NCBI RefSeq assembly: GCF_009914755.1
Contig: NC_060933.1
Length of the DNA: 64,000 nucleotides
From: the human T2T-CHM13v2.0 reference genome, Homo sapiens
Direction: 5' to 3' (one strand)
The position numbers were made by a program, and so were the translations under genes. This document shows, one piece after another, positions 63,702 through 64,000 of the stretch. Numbering within the stretch: position 1 is the stretch's first letter; the number at the start of each line of letters is the position of its first letter. Under the pieces are notes generated by a model. That model was not told the origin of the DNA and did no database searches. It saw nothing but the letters and a program-made list of their open reading frames with translations.

Positions 63702-64000
63702 ATGTATGAGTCAAGATACTTTATAAGCAGTAACAAGCAGCCCCCAGAGTCTTAGTGGTTTCAAATACAACCCAAGTTTACTTCTGCCTTCTGCTATGTT
63801 TTCATTGCGGAGGTTGTGAGTTCTTTCCTTTATAGGCATCCAGGGATAAAGACTGATAGAGCAGGCAATATCTCAAGTACGTTTGACACCATGCTGAGGC
63901 AAGTATATACTCTGGACTCTGGCCTACAAGAATTACATGTCATGTTTTGCTCACAAATCTTTGTCCAGAGCCCTTTTACATAACTGCACTGAAACATGGG
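63702..64000 (-). mobile_element. Old MLT1 (K/L-like) MaLR LTR, running off the window end
   Basis: gcagtaacaagcagcccccagagtcttagtggttt...aagtttacttc...gctcacaaatctttgtccagag. Confidence 0.6.

Overview
AT-rich, repeat-dense primate (catarrhine/hominoid-type) genomic DNA. I recognise no host protein-coding gene. The ORF-track entries with recognisable homology are broken LINE-1 ORF1/ORF2 remnants; the rest look like Alu/LTR read-through or chance ORFs. Positions 1-23.7 kb are mostly unique sequence with old MIR/L2/L3/DNA-transposon fossils, a solo MER50-like LTR and a 5'-truncated L1PA12/13-like element. Positions 23.7-44.7 kb are one nested 'Russian doll': a near full-length L1MA8/9-like element contains a full-length L1PA8-group element, which itself contains an AluS and a full-length L1PA4-like element. 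The outer element also holds a MER44 split by an ERV1/MER52 fragment. Positions 46-64 kb hold a fragmented old L1M with L1PA, MLT1, MST, Alu and LTR22 inserts, plus a second full-length L1PA4-like element inserted into an Alu tail. The most notable observation is that the two full-length L1PA4-like copies, 18 kb apart and each with its own TSD, share at least 15 apparently non-consensus substitutions along their length, including endonuclease Y115C; a third L1PA fragment in the window lacks them. Several small templated or inverted-insertion scars, a ~20-bp twin-priming inversion and a probable L1-insertion-associated deletion are also visible. Subfamily names and consensus states are recalled from memory and need RepeatMasker/Dfam confirmation. 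I cannot name the locus, and I see no evidence for a wholly new gene system.
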